Source: Candidatus Zixiibacteriota bacterium (GTDB taxonomy: Bacteria; Zixibacteria; MSB-5A5; WJJR01). Taken from it: a stretch of DNA of 27,151 bases. The translations under genes and the position numbers were made by a program. Under the pieces are notes generated by a model that was not told where the DNA came from, did no database searches, and saw nothing but the letters and a program-made list of their open reading frames with translations. The stretch is taken from contig JAVHPP010000165.1 of the NCBI GenBank assembly GCA_036170655.1, forward strand, positions 1-27,151, given 5' to 3'. Below, one piece after another: positions 1 through 8,835 of the stretch. Every line of letters starts with the position of its first letter. Positions within the stretch are counted from its first letter, which is position 1.

Positions 1-51
1 CGGTGATGTAACCTGCAACAGCAGCATAATATCGTATGGCGTCGCGTTCAA
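1..51 (-). CDS. Partial 5' end of the next flagellar gene (possibly hook-length control protein FliK)
   Basis: TTG at 51 preceded by AGGA; open to the window edge (MNATPYDIMLLLQVTSP). Identity is inferred only from the usual gene order fliJ-ylxF/motE-fliK. Confidence 0.35.
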   Translation of the reverse strand, partial: MNATPYDIMLLLQVTSP

Positions 52-65
52 TAGTATCCTGCTTA

Positions 66-785
66 TTATTCCGGGCCAAGGAGCTGGGTCGCGATCTGCG
101 CGGCTCGTTCGGGCGGCAGCATGGCCAGCACCTTGGATGCATTGATGGGTTTCATATTGGGTAAGACCGCCAGAATCGTGCGGTCATCCAGTTTGGCCAT
201 GAGTCCCGCCAACTCCTCTTGCTTCATGCCATCCAGCAACTTGGCCATATACAATACCTTTTCGCCAGCGATGGCTTTCTTCTGGGAGAGCAATTCTTCC
301 ACCTGACCTTTGAGAGTTGCTAATTCCTGTTGTTCCGTCTGGAGTCTGCTTTCCTCAACGGCAATTTCTTTCCGGCGCTGTTCGAGATCAGAGATGGCGG
401 CGATGGTATCGACTCCACCCTTCTGCGCCGCTTCGACCGCCGCGGCGGCACGGCCATATTCGGAGACATACTGCGTCACCGGCGATGCGGTCGAATCGGC
501 CTTGCCGGTCTCTCCCCCCGGTACCGTTTTCTCTGTGTCACCGGCAATTTTCTGGGCATCAACAGGTGGTTTTTGATTGAAGACACCCATCATGTAGCTA
601 AAAACACCAAGGAAGAGGACGAAGCACACCAGCCCGATCACAGCCAGCATCACCGTGCTGAATTTCTTGCCGGGCTTGGGTTCTGCGGCTGCCTTTTCCG
701 CCGGTGCGTCTTTTGACGGTTCCTTGCTGGCTGACAGCTTGGGCTTCTCGTCTGCTGGGGCTGTTTTCTTTGCGTCTTCGGCCAT
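66..785 (-). CDS. MotE/YlxF/FlbB-like flagellar protein (N-terminal TM helix, coiled coil, MgtE_N-like C-terminus)
   Basis: TM segment VMLAVIGLVCFVLFLGVFSYMM, a coiled coil, and C-terminal 'LAVLPNMKPINASKVLAMLPPERAAQI'. Lies after fliJ. ATG at 785 follows GAGGTGG; the longer start at 839 falls inside the promoter. Confidence 0.75.
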   Translation of the reverse strand: MAEDAKKTAPADEKPKLSASKEPSKDAPAEKAAAEPKPGKKFSTVMLAVIGLVCFVLFLGVFSYMMGVFNQKPPVDAQKIAGDTEKTVPGGETGKADSTASPVTQYVSEYGRAAAAVEAAQKGGVDTIAAISDLEQRRKEIAVEESRLQTEQQELATLKGQVEELLSQKKAIAGEKVLYMAKLLDGMKQEELAGLMAKLDDRTILAVLPNMKPINASKVLAMLPPERAAQIATQLLGPE

Positions 786-834
786 GCTTCCCACCTCATT
801 TTGCCCCGAGGGCAAAGTAATCCGACAATCATCT

Positions 835-850
835 CGCAAGCGCCGTGCCG
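835..850 (-). promoter_or_regulatory. sigma54 (-24/-12) promoter
   Basis: Minus strand CGGCAC-GGCGC-TTGCG matches TGGCAC-N5-TTGC, about 50 nt upstream of the ATG at 785. Confidence 0.7.
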
Positions 851-1002
851 GACCATTGCCAGCAATGGGGCTACATCTGCAAGTCGTTGCCGGTCGTCAT
901 GATAGTGCGAGCCATTCCTTCGCCTATCGGAACTGGTGACAAGACCGCTGGGGATTGTTCAAGAGAGGATTGCCGTGGAAGGCGGCAAAAACTTCCTGTG
1001 GG

Positions 1003-1488
1003 TTACCGTTCAGCGGCCACCGCTTCCCCGAAGCGAGTGTCATCGATCTGGTCGCGAGTGAAGCGGTCGACTGCCTTGGCATCGTTTTCCTTCTGCTCTT
1101 CGCGCTGGCGTTCGTGGTTGTAGTCAAACCATTGACGCTGGCGCAGACGCTCGAGTGTTTCCGCCTCGCGTGCCTTCAGAATCAGTCTGTCCCGGGCGTC
1201 CTCCACCCGTTGGGCGGCCAAGCGGATCGCTTCGACTTGCGTTGCGACGTGACGTTCGGCGATTTCGAGGGCCAGTTGTGCTCCGCTCCATTCACGCACA
1301 TTTGAGACGCGCGTGGAAAGAGTTCCATAGGAATTCTCGATCAGAGTGCAGTGACACCGTACTTCGGCGAGGACCGTTTCCATTTTATGCAGTTCATTTT
1401 GCTCGCGGGCCAGTGCGGCGGCACACTGCTTTTTCTCCGCTTGTTTGAGGTGCAACAGGCGTGCGAGTCGGAATCGAAACGGCTTCAT
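1003..1488 (-). CDS. fliJ: Flagellar export protein FliJ
   Basis: N-terminal MKPFRFRLARLL and C-terminal 'LERLRQRQ...REEQKEND'; directly follows fliI. Confidence 0.88.
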   Translation of the reverse strand: MKPFRFRLARLLHLKQAEKKQCAAALAREQNELHKMETVLAEVRCHCTLIENSYGTLSTRVSNVREWSGAQLALEIAERHVATQVEAIRLAAQRVEDARDRLILKAREAETLERLRQRQWFDYNHERQREEQKENDAKAVDRFTRDQIDDTRFGEAVAAER

Positions 1489-1521
1489 GGCGAAACACGA
1501 CGCCTTCCGGCGGATTTGACC

Positions 1522-2982
1522 TTACGCCTGCGTCGGCGCACTCGCAGCGATCGCAAGTGCTGCCGGGACACTCCCCGTCTGCAGCAGCGCCCGCAGACGC
1601 GCCCATGCCCCTGTATCAGAAGTGGTTTCACCGACATCCTGGCGCAGGAAACCGCTGAGACTGTCGTGCAGATCGATGGCACGGTCGATCCTTGGGTTTG
1701 ACCCTTTCTTGTAAGCGCCGACGGCAATCAGATCTTCTGCTTCACGATAGGTCGCGAGGGCATCCCGCACTGCACCCGACAATTGCCATTCTTCGTGCGA
1801 GAGCACGTCGCTGGAGACTCGCGAGACTGATTCCAGCACGTCAACCGCAGGGTAGTGATTCTGCGACGCCAGGCGGCGCGACAATACGAGATGGCCGTCG
1901 AGGATGGCCCGGCACGAATCGGAAATTGGTTCGGCCAGATCATCACCCTCAACCAAGACTGTGTAGATGCCGGTGATCGAGCCGCGTGACGACCGTCCCG
2001 CGCGTTCAAGCAGACGTGGCAGGAGCGCGAAGACCGACGGCGGGAATCCGCGCGTCGTGGGCGGTTCACCCGCCGCGAGACCGACTTCCCGCTGGGCCAG
2101 GGCCCAGCGCGTGACCGAGTCGACCAGCAGCATGACATTGGCGCCGCGATCACGAAAGTACTCGGCAATCGTCGTTGCGGTGAGGGCCGCTTTCAGCCGC
2201 AGGAGAGCCGGCTGATCGGATGTGCAGACCACGGTCACCGACTTCGCACGCCCTTCCGAACCCAGATCGCGATCGAGAAAATCGCGGACTTCCTTGCCTC
2301 GCTCTCCGACCAAAGCGATGACATTGACATCGGCCGAGGATGTGCGCGCAATCATCCCCAAGAGCGTGCTCTTGCCCACGCCCGAGCCGGCGAACAATCC
2401 CATCCGCTGTCCTTTTCCCAGAGTGAGCATCGTGTCGATAACGCGCACACCGGTGGTCAGACGTTCCGTGACCCGCGGGCGGCTCAACGGATGTGGCGGC
2501 GACGACACCAGCGGACGGCGGACTGTTTCCGGGACCGGCCCGTGTCCATCAATCGGGTTGCCCAAGGCATCGACAACGCGGCCAAGCAGCTGATCCCCCA
2601 CCGTGGTCGAGAGGGGTTCACCGGAGGCGGTCACAACCCATCCGGGACCGAGCCCACAATGATCGCCCACCGGCATCAGGAGAACCCGCCCGCGACGAAA
2701 ACCGATCACTTCTGCCGGAACTTTCTGGCGCGTCTGCAACTCCTCGAGCATGCAAAGATCACCAATCCGGGCCGTCGGACCGTCGGCTTCAATCGTCAAG
2801 CCAACCAGTCCGCTGATTCGTCCGGTTGGCCGGACCACTTCGGCGTCGGCCACGGCCCTGGCATAGTGAGGCCAGTCCACAACAGGTATTGGCGATTGGG
2901 CCGCCAGTGGACGCGTCCGTAGCGGGACCAATGGCAGCGTAGCGATGCCTTCGTCGAAACTTTCAGGAATGGTCACCGTCAT
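1522..2982 (-). CDS. fliI: Flagellar export ATPase FliI
   Basis: Walker A GLFAGSGVGKS, ALVGERGKEV, DSVTRWALAQRE, ILDGHLVLSR. Start placed at ATG 2982 (overlaps the fliH end); the exact start is uncertain. Confidence 0.95.
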   Translation of the reverse strand: MTVTIPESFDEGIATLPLVPLRTRPLAAQSPIPVVDWPHYARAVADAEVVRPTGRISGLVGLTIEADGPTARIGDLCMLEELQTRQKVPAEVIGFRRGRVLLMPVGDHCGLGPGWVVTASGEPLSTTVGDQLLGRVVDALGNPIDGHGPVPETVRRPLVSSPPHPLSRPRVTERLTTGVRVIDTMLTLGKGQRMGLFAGSGVGKSTLLGMIARTSSADVNVIALVGERGKEVRDFLDRDLGSEGRAKSVTVVCTSDQPALLRLKAALTATTIAEYFRDRGANVMLLVDSVTRWALAQREVGLAAGEPPTTRGFPPSVFALLPRLLERAGRSSRGSITGIYTVLVEGDDLAEPISDSCRAILDGHLVLSRRLASQNHYPAVDVLESVSRVSSDVLSHEEWQLSGAVRDALATYREAEDLIAVGAYKKGSNPRIDRAIDLHDSLSGFLRQDVGETTSDTGAWARLRALLQTGSVPAALAIAASAPTQA

Positions 2983-3718
2983 TGGCAGCATCACTCTGAA
3001 CAAGCGGAACGCGATCAGCCCCGAAGCGGGGGTCTTCGACCTCTGTCTCCTGCGGTACGACAGCCAGCAACGATCCCTTGAGAACCGATAGTTGCTGTTC
3101 GACCCGGGCGTCAACGACCCCCAAGTCTGTCTCGACCAGACATCCGCTGATCCCGACATGTTCGTCGCCGACAACACGGATGTGACGGAATCCAGAGAAG
3201 TCATCGATTTTTTGCGACAGGAGTTGCTGGACATAAGCCAGATCCTGGGGATGGCAGCGGATGGTCACGCGGTCGCCTGCCGTCAGACGGGAGAAGGCCT
3301 CGCGCATGGCATGACCGATGCGCTCGGCAACCGGCGGACGGTCGCCGATGATTTTTTCCAAAGCCAGACAGATGAGTTCCACGATCTGCTGCTCGTTCGT
3401 GGCATACCAGTCCCGGCGCGTGCGGGTGAACTCCTCCCCCATGGCATCGAGGATAGCACCCATGCGTTCGGCGCTCGCCGCCTTCTCCGCTCCAGCCATG
3501 GCAGCGCCATCGTGGTAGCCGTTCTGGTACGCCTGCTCTAGAGCTTTTTGGTGTTCGTCCTGAAGCGCCACAATCCGTGCAGTGAACTCTTCCTCGGCCT
3601 CACGTACGGTCAGAGGCCGGGTGTCAATCGGATGGGCCACGCCGCGCGCCGCCTCACCGACCATGTAGTTCCTGGGCGAGACGGAAATTCGCCGGAGGAC
3701 GCGTTCAGACGATGACAT
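2963..3718 (-). CDS. fliH: Flagellar assembly protein FliH
   Basis: AYQNGYHDG motif, 'IRCHPQD', 'GCLVETDLGVVDARVEQQL'; lies between fliG and fliI. ATG 3718 overlaps the fliG end. Confidence 0.92.
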   Translation of the reverse strand: MSSSERVLRRISVSPRNYMVGEAARGVAHPIDTRPLTVREAEEEFTARIVALQDEHQKALEQAYQNGYHDGAAMAGAEKAASAERMGAILDAMGEEFTRTRRDWYATNEQQIVELICLALEKIIGDRPPVAERIGHAMREAFSRLTAGDRVTIRCHPQDLAYVQQLLSQKIDDFSGFRHIRVVGDEHVGISGCLVETDLGVVDARVEQQLSVLKGSLLAVVPQETEVEDPRFGADRVPLVQSDAANDGDHS

Positions 3719-4730
3719 CGTCTTTGCCCCCGCGCCCGCTGATGATGACCTGTCCCTCTTCCTCGAGACGCCGTATGGCTTCGACGATTCGCTGCTGCGC
3801 CCCTTCGACATCCGACAGGCGCATTGGCCCCAGAAATTCGATCTCTTCACGGATCATGACTGCGACACGCTCCGACACATTCGAGAAGATCTTATGCTTG
3901 ACATCTTCGGATGCCGCCTTCATGGCCACGGCCAGATCCTTGGTCTCGATTTCCTTGAGCACACGCTGGATCGAGCGGTCGTCGAGGAGGATCATATCCT
4001 CAAAGACAAACATCATGTTCTTGATCTGGTTGGCCATGTCCGCATCCTCCGTCTCGAGAATCTTCATGATGCGGCGCTCGGTGGTCGTGTCGATGATGTT
4101 GAGAATGCCGGCGACTGTCTTGACACCACCGGAGACAGACAGATCCCGTGCGGTCGTGGAACCAAATTGGCCTTCCAAAACCTCTTCGAGCTGGCGCAGC
4201 ACTTCCGGCGATATCTTCTCCATCGTTGCCAGCCGCAGGGTCACCTCGGCCTGGAGTTCCGGCGACAGTTCCGAGACCACCGACGCCGCCTGCTGGGCCG
4301 AGAGCTGAGTCAGCAAGAGAGAAATCGTCTGGGGGTGTTCATTCTGGATGAAATTGGTCAGTTGACGCGGTTCGATGTTTTTCAGCAGTTCGAACCCTGT
4401 CTTGTGAAGACTTCCCTCCAGATGGGAGAGGAGCTCCTGGGCCTTACCGCGCCCGAGGGCCTCCTCCAAGAGTCCGCGCGCGTAGTCGATGCCGCCCTGG
4501 GCAATGTACTGACGCGCCATGAAGATGGCGTGACACTCCTTGATGACCTCTTCCTCCATCTGGGGAGTGACCTCAGGCAGGTTGGCAATTTCGACGGTGA
4601 GCTTTTCGATCTCCCGTTCACTCAGAGTTTTGATGATCTCGACGGCGACCTCGCGCCCCATGACCACGAGGGCGATGGCCGCCTTCTGAATCGGCGACAG
4701 TGGACTGGGTGCGACGGTCGCGTCGGCCAT
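3705..4730 (-). CDS. fliG: Flagellar motor switch protein FliG
   Basis: QKAAI, GGIDYA, EHPQT, MFVFED, GPMRLSDVEGAQ motifs. Confidence 0.97.
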   Translation of the reverse strand: MADATVAPSPLSPIQKAAIALVVMGREVAVEIIKTLSEREIEKLTVEIANLPEVTPQMEEEVIKECHAIFMARQYIAQGGIDYARGLLEEALGRGKAQELLSHLEGSLHKTGFELLKNIEPRQLTNFIQNEHPQTISLLLTQLSAQQAASVVSELSPELQAEVTLRLATMEKISPEVLRQLEEVLEGQFGSTTARDLSVSGGVKTVAGILNIIDTTTERRIMKILETEDADMANQIKNMMFVFEDMILLDDRSIQRVLKEIETKDLAVAMKAASEDVKHKIFSNVSERVAVMIREEIEFLGPMRLSDVEGAQQRIVEAIRRLEEEGQVIISGRGGKDDVIV

Positions 4731-4731
4731 A

Positions 4732-6276
4732 CTACCGCTCCACCATCATGGTCTTGATGACTCGCGCGATTTCGTCGGGCCGTTCCTTGGCCACGTTGAT
4801 CATCTGATCCGACAGTCGCGCCTTTCGCCGTTCCGGAACAAGCGCGGGGATTTTGTCATCAATGATCGAAGGGACACCGGATAGATCACCGGCGGCGGCG
4901 GTTCCGGACGTCAACCCCCCGAGCATGCGCCCGGCTTTCTTGAGAATCTTGAAGCCGATAAAGAGCGCGGCGAGAATAGCGATGCCATAGCCAACTTTGC
5001 GGGCGATGTCATAGTAGAACTCCCGTTTCTCGATCTTCTCCAGTTCCTTGCGGTCTTCTTGCAGTTGGGAGTTGTCGAAGGCCACACTCACGACCTCGAC
5101 GTGGTCGTTCCGCTCCGGCTGAATACCGACAGCGGACTTGACCAGCGCCCCGATACGATCCAATTCCTCCTGCGACCGCGGCGTGAACGTGGCGGGCTGG
5201 TCCGCGCCTGCGCCTGTCCCTGCGCCTTCGGGCTTGCTGTAGGTGCCATCAACAATGACAGACACCGTCAGTCGCTGGATTGTGCCCACGGCGGAGACGA
5301 TCTTCTGGACCGTCTTGTTCACCTCGTAGTTGGTGAGCGTGTTTTCCTTGCTGGTCTGTCCGCCGGACTTGCCGCCCTCGGCATCGGTGTTGTTGTCCGA
5401 TGTTTTTTCCACCGTTTGTTCCTGCGAAACGATGGCGAGATTCTCTGGATCGTATTGTTCGACGGTCTTTTCGGCCTGCTCAAAATTGAGAGTTGCATTG
5501 ACACGGACAATGGCCTTCCTCGCGCCCAGCACCCCATCCAAGAGAGACTGCGACTTGTCCTGCAAGTACATCTCGACGTCTTTCTGCAGTTCAAGCTGCC
5601 GGTTTGACATCGCGCCCAGTGACGATTCGTCTTCGGCCGCGGAGAGCAGCGTGCCATTCTGATCGAGCACGGTCACACGCGAGGCGTCGAGTCCCTCGAC
5701 GGCTGATGCGACCAAGTGCGTAATTGCGGCCACTTTCCCGCGTCCGAGTGAACCCGATCTGACCTTGACCAGCACCGACGCCGTTGTGGCTTTTTGATCC
5801 TGTTTGAAGAGACGGTTCTCGGGGATGACAATATGGACACGCGCCGCGGACACTTCCTCCAGCGACGCGATCGATTTGGCGAGTTCGCCTTCGAGCGCGC
5901 GCCGGTAGTTGACCTTTTGCAGGAAATCGGTCATCCCCAGATTGGTCTTGTCGAAGATTTCAAATCCGACAGACCCGGAACGGGGAAATCCCGCCGCCGC
6001 CAGCCGAATGCGGACATCGGGAACATCACTTGACGAAACGAGAATCGAAGTGCCTCCATCCGAGACGCGGTAGGGCACTTTCATCTGGTCCAATTGATCG
6101 ATGATCTGACCGGCCTCTTCAGCGGGGAGGCGTGAAAACAGCACGCCGTATGTGACATGGCGCGCCCACCAGCCGACGCTGACAACGCCGACAATCAGGC
6201 CGATAACAATTGTAATCGCCATGAAACGCCGGTTCGCGTCCATGGCGCGGAATGTGTCCAGCCAATGTATAAACAC
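4732..6276 (-). CDS. fliF: Flagellar MS-ring protein FliF
   Basis: GFEIFDKTNLGMTDF, YRRALEGEL, ARVHIVIPE, VASAVEGL, NYEVNK motifs; two TM helices; GTG start after AGGAGG. Confidence 0.97.
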   Translation of the reverse strand: MFIHWLDTFRAMDANRRFMAITIVIGLIVGVVSVGWWARHVTYGVLFSRLPAEEAGQIIDQLDQMKVPYRVSDGGTSILVSSSDVPDVRIRLAAAGFPRSGSVGFEIFDKTNLGMTDFLQKVNYRRALEGELAKSIASLEEVSAARVHIVIPENRLFKQDQKATTASVLVKVRSGSLGRGKVAAITHLVASAVEGLDASRVTVLDQNGTLLSAAEDESSLGAMSNRQLELQKDVEMYLQDKSQSLLDGVLGARKAIVRVNATLNFEQAEKTVEQYDPENLAIVSQEQTVEKTSDNNTDAEGGKSGGQTSKENTLTNYEVNKTVQKIVSAVGTIQRLTVSVIVDGTYSKPEGAGTGAGADQPATFTPRSQEELDRIGALVKSAVGIQPERNDHVEVVSVAFDNSQLQEDRKELEKIEKREFYYDIARKVGYGIAILAALFIGFKILKKAGRMLGGLTSGTAAAGDLSGVPSIIDDKIPALVPERRKARLSDQMINVAKERPDEIARVIKTMMVER

Positions 6277-6338
6277 TCACACCCTCCTATGGCTCAGTGA
6301 AGAAGCCCGACGTGCTGTTCCGGCAGTGGCAGTCAGAC

Positions 6339-6644
6339 TCATATCTGCATGCGCATCAGTTCCTGGTAGGCCTCCACGAGGCGGTTGCGCATCTCCACCA
6401 GAAGCTCGAATTCCGTTCCGGCCTCCTCGGCAGCGATCATGACGCGATGGAGCTCGGTTGTGTCACCCGCGTACAGGCTTTTCTCGGCGGCCGCCGCCTG
6501 GGCCTGCGTCTGGTTGACATCATCGATCATCCCGGCGAAGACGTTGTCCGGCTTGCCTGGTTCGATCTTTAGTGTCTGCCCCGGTGCATCGCCCAAGGGC
6601 AGCGTCTGTCCAAGTTCCGGACGAATGGGATTGATCATGGTCAT
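6339..6644 (-). CDS. fliE: Flagellar hook-basal body protein FliE
   Basis: LHRVMIAAEEA...RNRLVEAYQELMRMQI signature. Confidence 0.95.
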   Translation of the reverse strand: MTMINPIRPELGQTLPLGDAPGQTLKIEPGKPDNVFAGMIDDVNQTQAQAAAAEKSLYAGDTTELHRVMIAAEEAGTEFELLVEMRNRLVEAYQELMRMQI

Positions 6645-6853
6645 GCGACCACATCCACGTAGCGGCCCAGGTTCGGTGCGAAGTCATCGTCTGCGGGATG
6701 CGAAATCGCTGCCACGGGATGGCCTTCGGCAGGGGCCGGGCCTCCTCCAAACAGCCGAACCATCATGGCACGTTCGTCGGTGTCGCGCAGGGCCGCCGCT
6801 GGCGGGCTGGCCGGCGCCACGGGAACAGCGTGTATTGGTGTCATATAATCCAT
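6641..6853 (-). CDS. Small protein with YjfB-like (putative motility protein) C-terminal motif
   Basis: GGAG RBS; ATGA overlap with the fliE start; C-terminus PNLGRYVDVVA resembles the PxLGxxIDxxx tail of YjfB-family proteins. Confidence 0.55.
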   Translation of the reverse strand: MDYMTPIHAVPVAPASPPAAALRDTDERAMMVRLFGGGPAPAEGHPVAAISHPADDDFAPNLGRYVDVVA

Positions 6854-6977
6854 AGTAGCTCCGTTTCTACTCCGTCTGGTGTCTTGCTACCGGCGGGTGC
6901 ATCGGGGGCTCTCGCGATCCCCTGTGGAGCACCGCCGGGGCCATTCACTTCGGGGCTTGCCGAAAACAATCCCAATC

Positions 6978-7186
6978 GTCATTCCCGCGAACGCGGGAAT
7001 CCATTTTGTTCTTTCGACGCTCGAAATGGACCCCCGGTTCAGGCTTGTTGAAAAACTGGGCAGACGAGAGTGTCTGCCCCACTCTCCCTCACGCAAGTTC
7101 TTGACTCTCAGTGGCGCGGACACTCCTGTCCACGCGTGCGGAGGGCCAATCTGAGGTTTTTCAACACGTCCTTTCGCGAGGGTGAC
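6978..7186. repeat. REP-like palindrome doublet (GTCATTCCCGCGAACGCGGGAATCCA type) with the second copy interrupted
   Basis: Copy 1 at 6978-7003. The inverted copy is split into TGGACCCCCGGTTC (7027-7040) and TTCGCGAGGGTGAC (7173-7186). Confidence 0.75.
7041..7172. mobile_element. MITE-like element A (132 bp) with terminal inverted repeats and an internal GTGG-type REP doublet
   Basis: Ends AGGCTTGTTGAAAAAC and GTTTTTCAACACGTCCT, flanked by TTC on both sides. Internal hairpins GGGCAGACGAGAGTGTCTGCCCCAC (7058-7082) and GTGGCGCGGACACTCCTGTCCACG (7111-7134). Confidence 0.65.
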
Positions 7187-7269
7187 ATCACGAGGTATAG
7201 ACTGCTCGTTCGGTGTTTCAATAGACCGTTCAGGGCGGACAGGATAGCCCACTTCGCGATACTCAGTTC

Positions 7270-7770
7270 TCATATCTCGAGCGCCTTCTTCACCATCTGC
7301 TTGACCGATTCTACCGTCGTCAGATTGGCCTCGTAGGCCCGTTGGGCCGACATGAGGTCCACCATTTCGGTAATGATCTCGATGTTCGGCATTTCGACGT
7401 AACCGTCGGGGTTGGCGTCGGGATGTGTCGGATCGTACACCATGCGCGGCTGCTCATTGGGGTCGGTCTTAATCTTGGCTGCGACAAAATTGCCTGATTC
7501 GTTCAACGCGCTGGGACCGGTTCCCTCCGGCGCACGGTGCGCGTCACGTGTGCGCCGCAGTTCCAAGTGCGCCGTCTGCAACTGATCGACGAAGGTTGTG
7601 CGCTGGTTGGGCGCATCGAAGACCACGCGCTGACGGCGGTACGGGCCACCTTGCGGTGTGCGCGTCGTCTCGGCGTTGGCGATATTCTCCGAAACGATAT
7701 TCATCTTGCGGCGCTGTGCGGAAAGACCGTCAGCGGCCACTGCCAGTGTGCGAAAGTCCCCGATTCCCAT
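7270..7770 (-). CDS. flgC: Flagellar basal-body rod protein FlgC
   Basis: SENIANAETTRTPQGGPYRRQ, YDPTHPDANPDGYVEMPN, RAYEAN motifs. Confidence 0.97.
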   Translation of the reverse strand: MGIGDFRTLAVAADGLSAQRRKMNIVSENIANAETTRTPQGGPYRRQRVVFDAPNQRTTFVDQLQTAHLELRRTRDAHRAPEGTGPSALNESGNFVAAKIKTDPNEQPRMVYDPTHPDANPDGYVEMPNIEIITEMVDLMSAQRAYEANLTTVESVKQMVKKALEI

Positions 7771-7777
7771 GATGCTC

Positions 7778-8191
7778 CTATAAGCGGCCGCGAATAGCGG
7801 TGCGCAACGCTGCGAACTTGCGGCCGATCAGCTTGGCCGCAACATCGTACTCGAGCTGGTTCTGGGCAACGTTGACCATTTCACGATCAATATCCACACC
7901 CGTGGTCTGCCCTTTGGGGATGGGCTCGCGTGTCACACGCGGGGCGCGCGTCTGGTCGATTGCCCCCACATGTCCTGGCCGCGTTGTTCGCATGGACAGA
8001 CGGGGCGCGCCGCCCATGGCGGCCTGCAGTTCGGCTTGGAAGTCAATGTCCTGACGCTGGTAGCCCGCGGTCTCCGCGTTGGCCACGTTGTTCGTCAAGA
8101 GCTTCTGACGGGCTGCGGCCAGATCGAGCGCGCTTTGCAAACGCGGTATTCCGGTCTTATTGAACAGAATATTTTGAATAGGTGTTGGCAT
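7778..8191 (-). CDS. flgB: Flagellar basal-body rod protein FlgB
   Basis: RQKLLTNNVANAETAGY..D, VDIDREM. Start ATG 8191 chosen because the longer start lies upstream of the sigma54 site. Confidence 0.95.
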   Translation of the reverse strand: MPTPIQNILFNKTGIPRLQSALDLAAARQKLLTNNVANAETAGYQRQDIDFQAELQAAMGGAPRLSMRTTRPGHVGAIDQTRAPRVTREPIPKGQTTGVDIDREMVNVAQNQLEYDVAAKLIGRKFAALRTAIRGRL

Positions 8192-8218
8192 CCCGTCTAT
8201 TCCCCCGCTGGGCGGACA

Positions 8219-8234
8219 TGCAAAGTTCGTGCCA
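8219..8234 (-). promoter_or_regulatory. sigma54 (-24/-12) promoter of the flgB operon
   Basis: Minus strand TGGCAC-GAACT-TTGCA, a consensus match 27 nt upstream of the flgB ATG. Confidence 0.88.
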
Positions 8235-8465
8235 AAACCACCGAGTTCAGGCAACGGGCCATGGATCAACAAGTTGGAAATAGCGGATCTGGTATTCCGG
8301 TGAAGTCACGCGCTGCCATGGGAATTATTTTCCGTCGGCGGTTGGCGTCCTCGTGCAGATCGAGACCGCTATGGCAAATCCGACCAACCTCGTTCTTCGC
8401 CCAAAGAAAGAGATTGACAGCAAATCGAAATCGGGCGTGGCTATTCCTAACGACGGTATCGGACC

Positions 8466-8738
8466 ATGCAAGACCCAGCGCAGAACTAACCCAATCCCTT
8501 CAATTCAGGGACGATCATCCCATTCGTTCTGAGAGAGGAATCCGATTGGACGCTTTCAGTTTACAATGTCGCCGGACAGGTCGTCCGCAGGTTGTTCGGC
8601 CACGATGTCGCGGGCCGCGGGAGCATCCAATGGGATGACCTCGACAATTCCGGGAGCAACGTGGCATCGGGCGTTTACCTGTATCGCCTAAAGAGCAGGA
8701 ACTTTGAATCTGCGAAGAAGATGGTCGTACTCAAATGA
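8466..8738 (+). pseudogene. Remnant of a T9SS type A C-terminal sorting domain (FlgD Ig-like) protein
   Basis: Manual translation: MQDPAQN*PNPFNSGTIIPFVLREESDWTLSVYNVAGQVVRRLFGHDVAGRGSIQWDDLDNSGSNVASGVYLYRLKSRNFESAKKMVVLK*. TAA at 8487-8489 replaces the Y of QNYPNPFN. Confidence 0.85.
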
Positions 8739-8835
8739 ACGGTCGCGTGCTGCGGACTTGTGCGCCACGAGGCTTCCATTCAGACAGGTGACGGATAATA
8801 TGACGGCCACCCAGTGAAAACCAGATTCCCGGTTA

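Noticed and set aside
786..1002. c-di-GMP riboswitch in flagellar intergenic regions (also 8192-8465)
   Set aside because: No c-di-GMP-I or -II consensus is recognisable by eye; the sigma54 promoter and enhancer space explain the length. An Rfam scan would be decisive.
2983..3234. N-terminal extensions in the ORF track for fliI (likewise fliH, flgB, fliD and the MotE-like gene)
   Set aside because: They overlap upstream genes or promoters and lack family similarity; downstream starts fit better.
6887..7273. 128-aa minus-strand ORF overlapping the flgC stop, and the 91-aa plus-strand ORF 6879-7154
   Set aside because: They are mostly translations of the REP/MITE sequence (WIPAFAGMT and VIPANAGI are palindrome-derived peptides); no independent coding evidence.
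7970..8638. 222-aa plus-strand ORF
   Set aside because: It is antisense to flgB and its promoter, and in a different frame from the real T9SS-like remnant.
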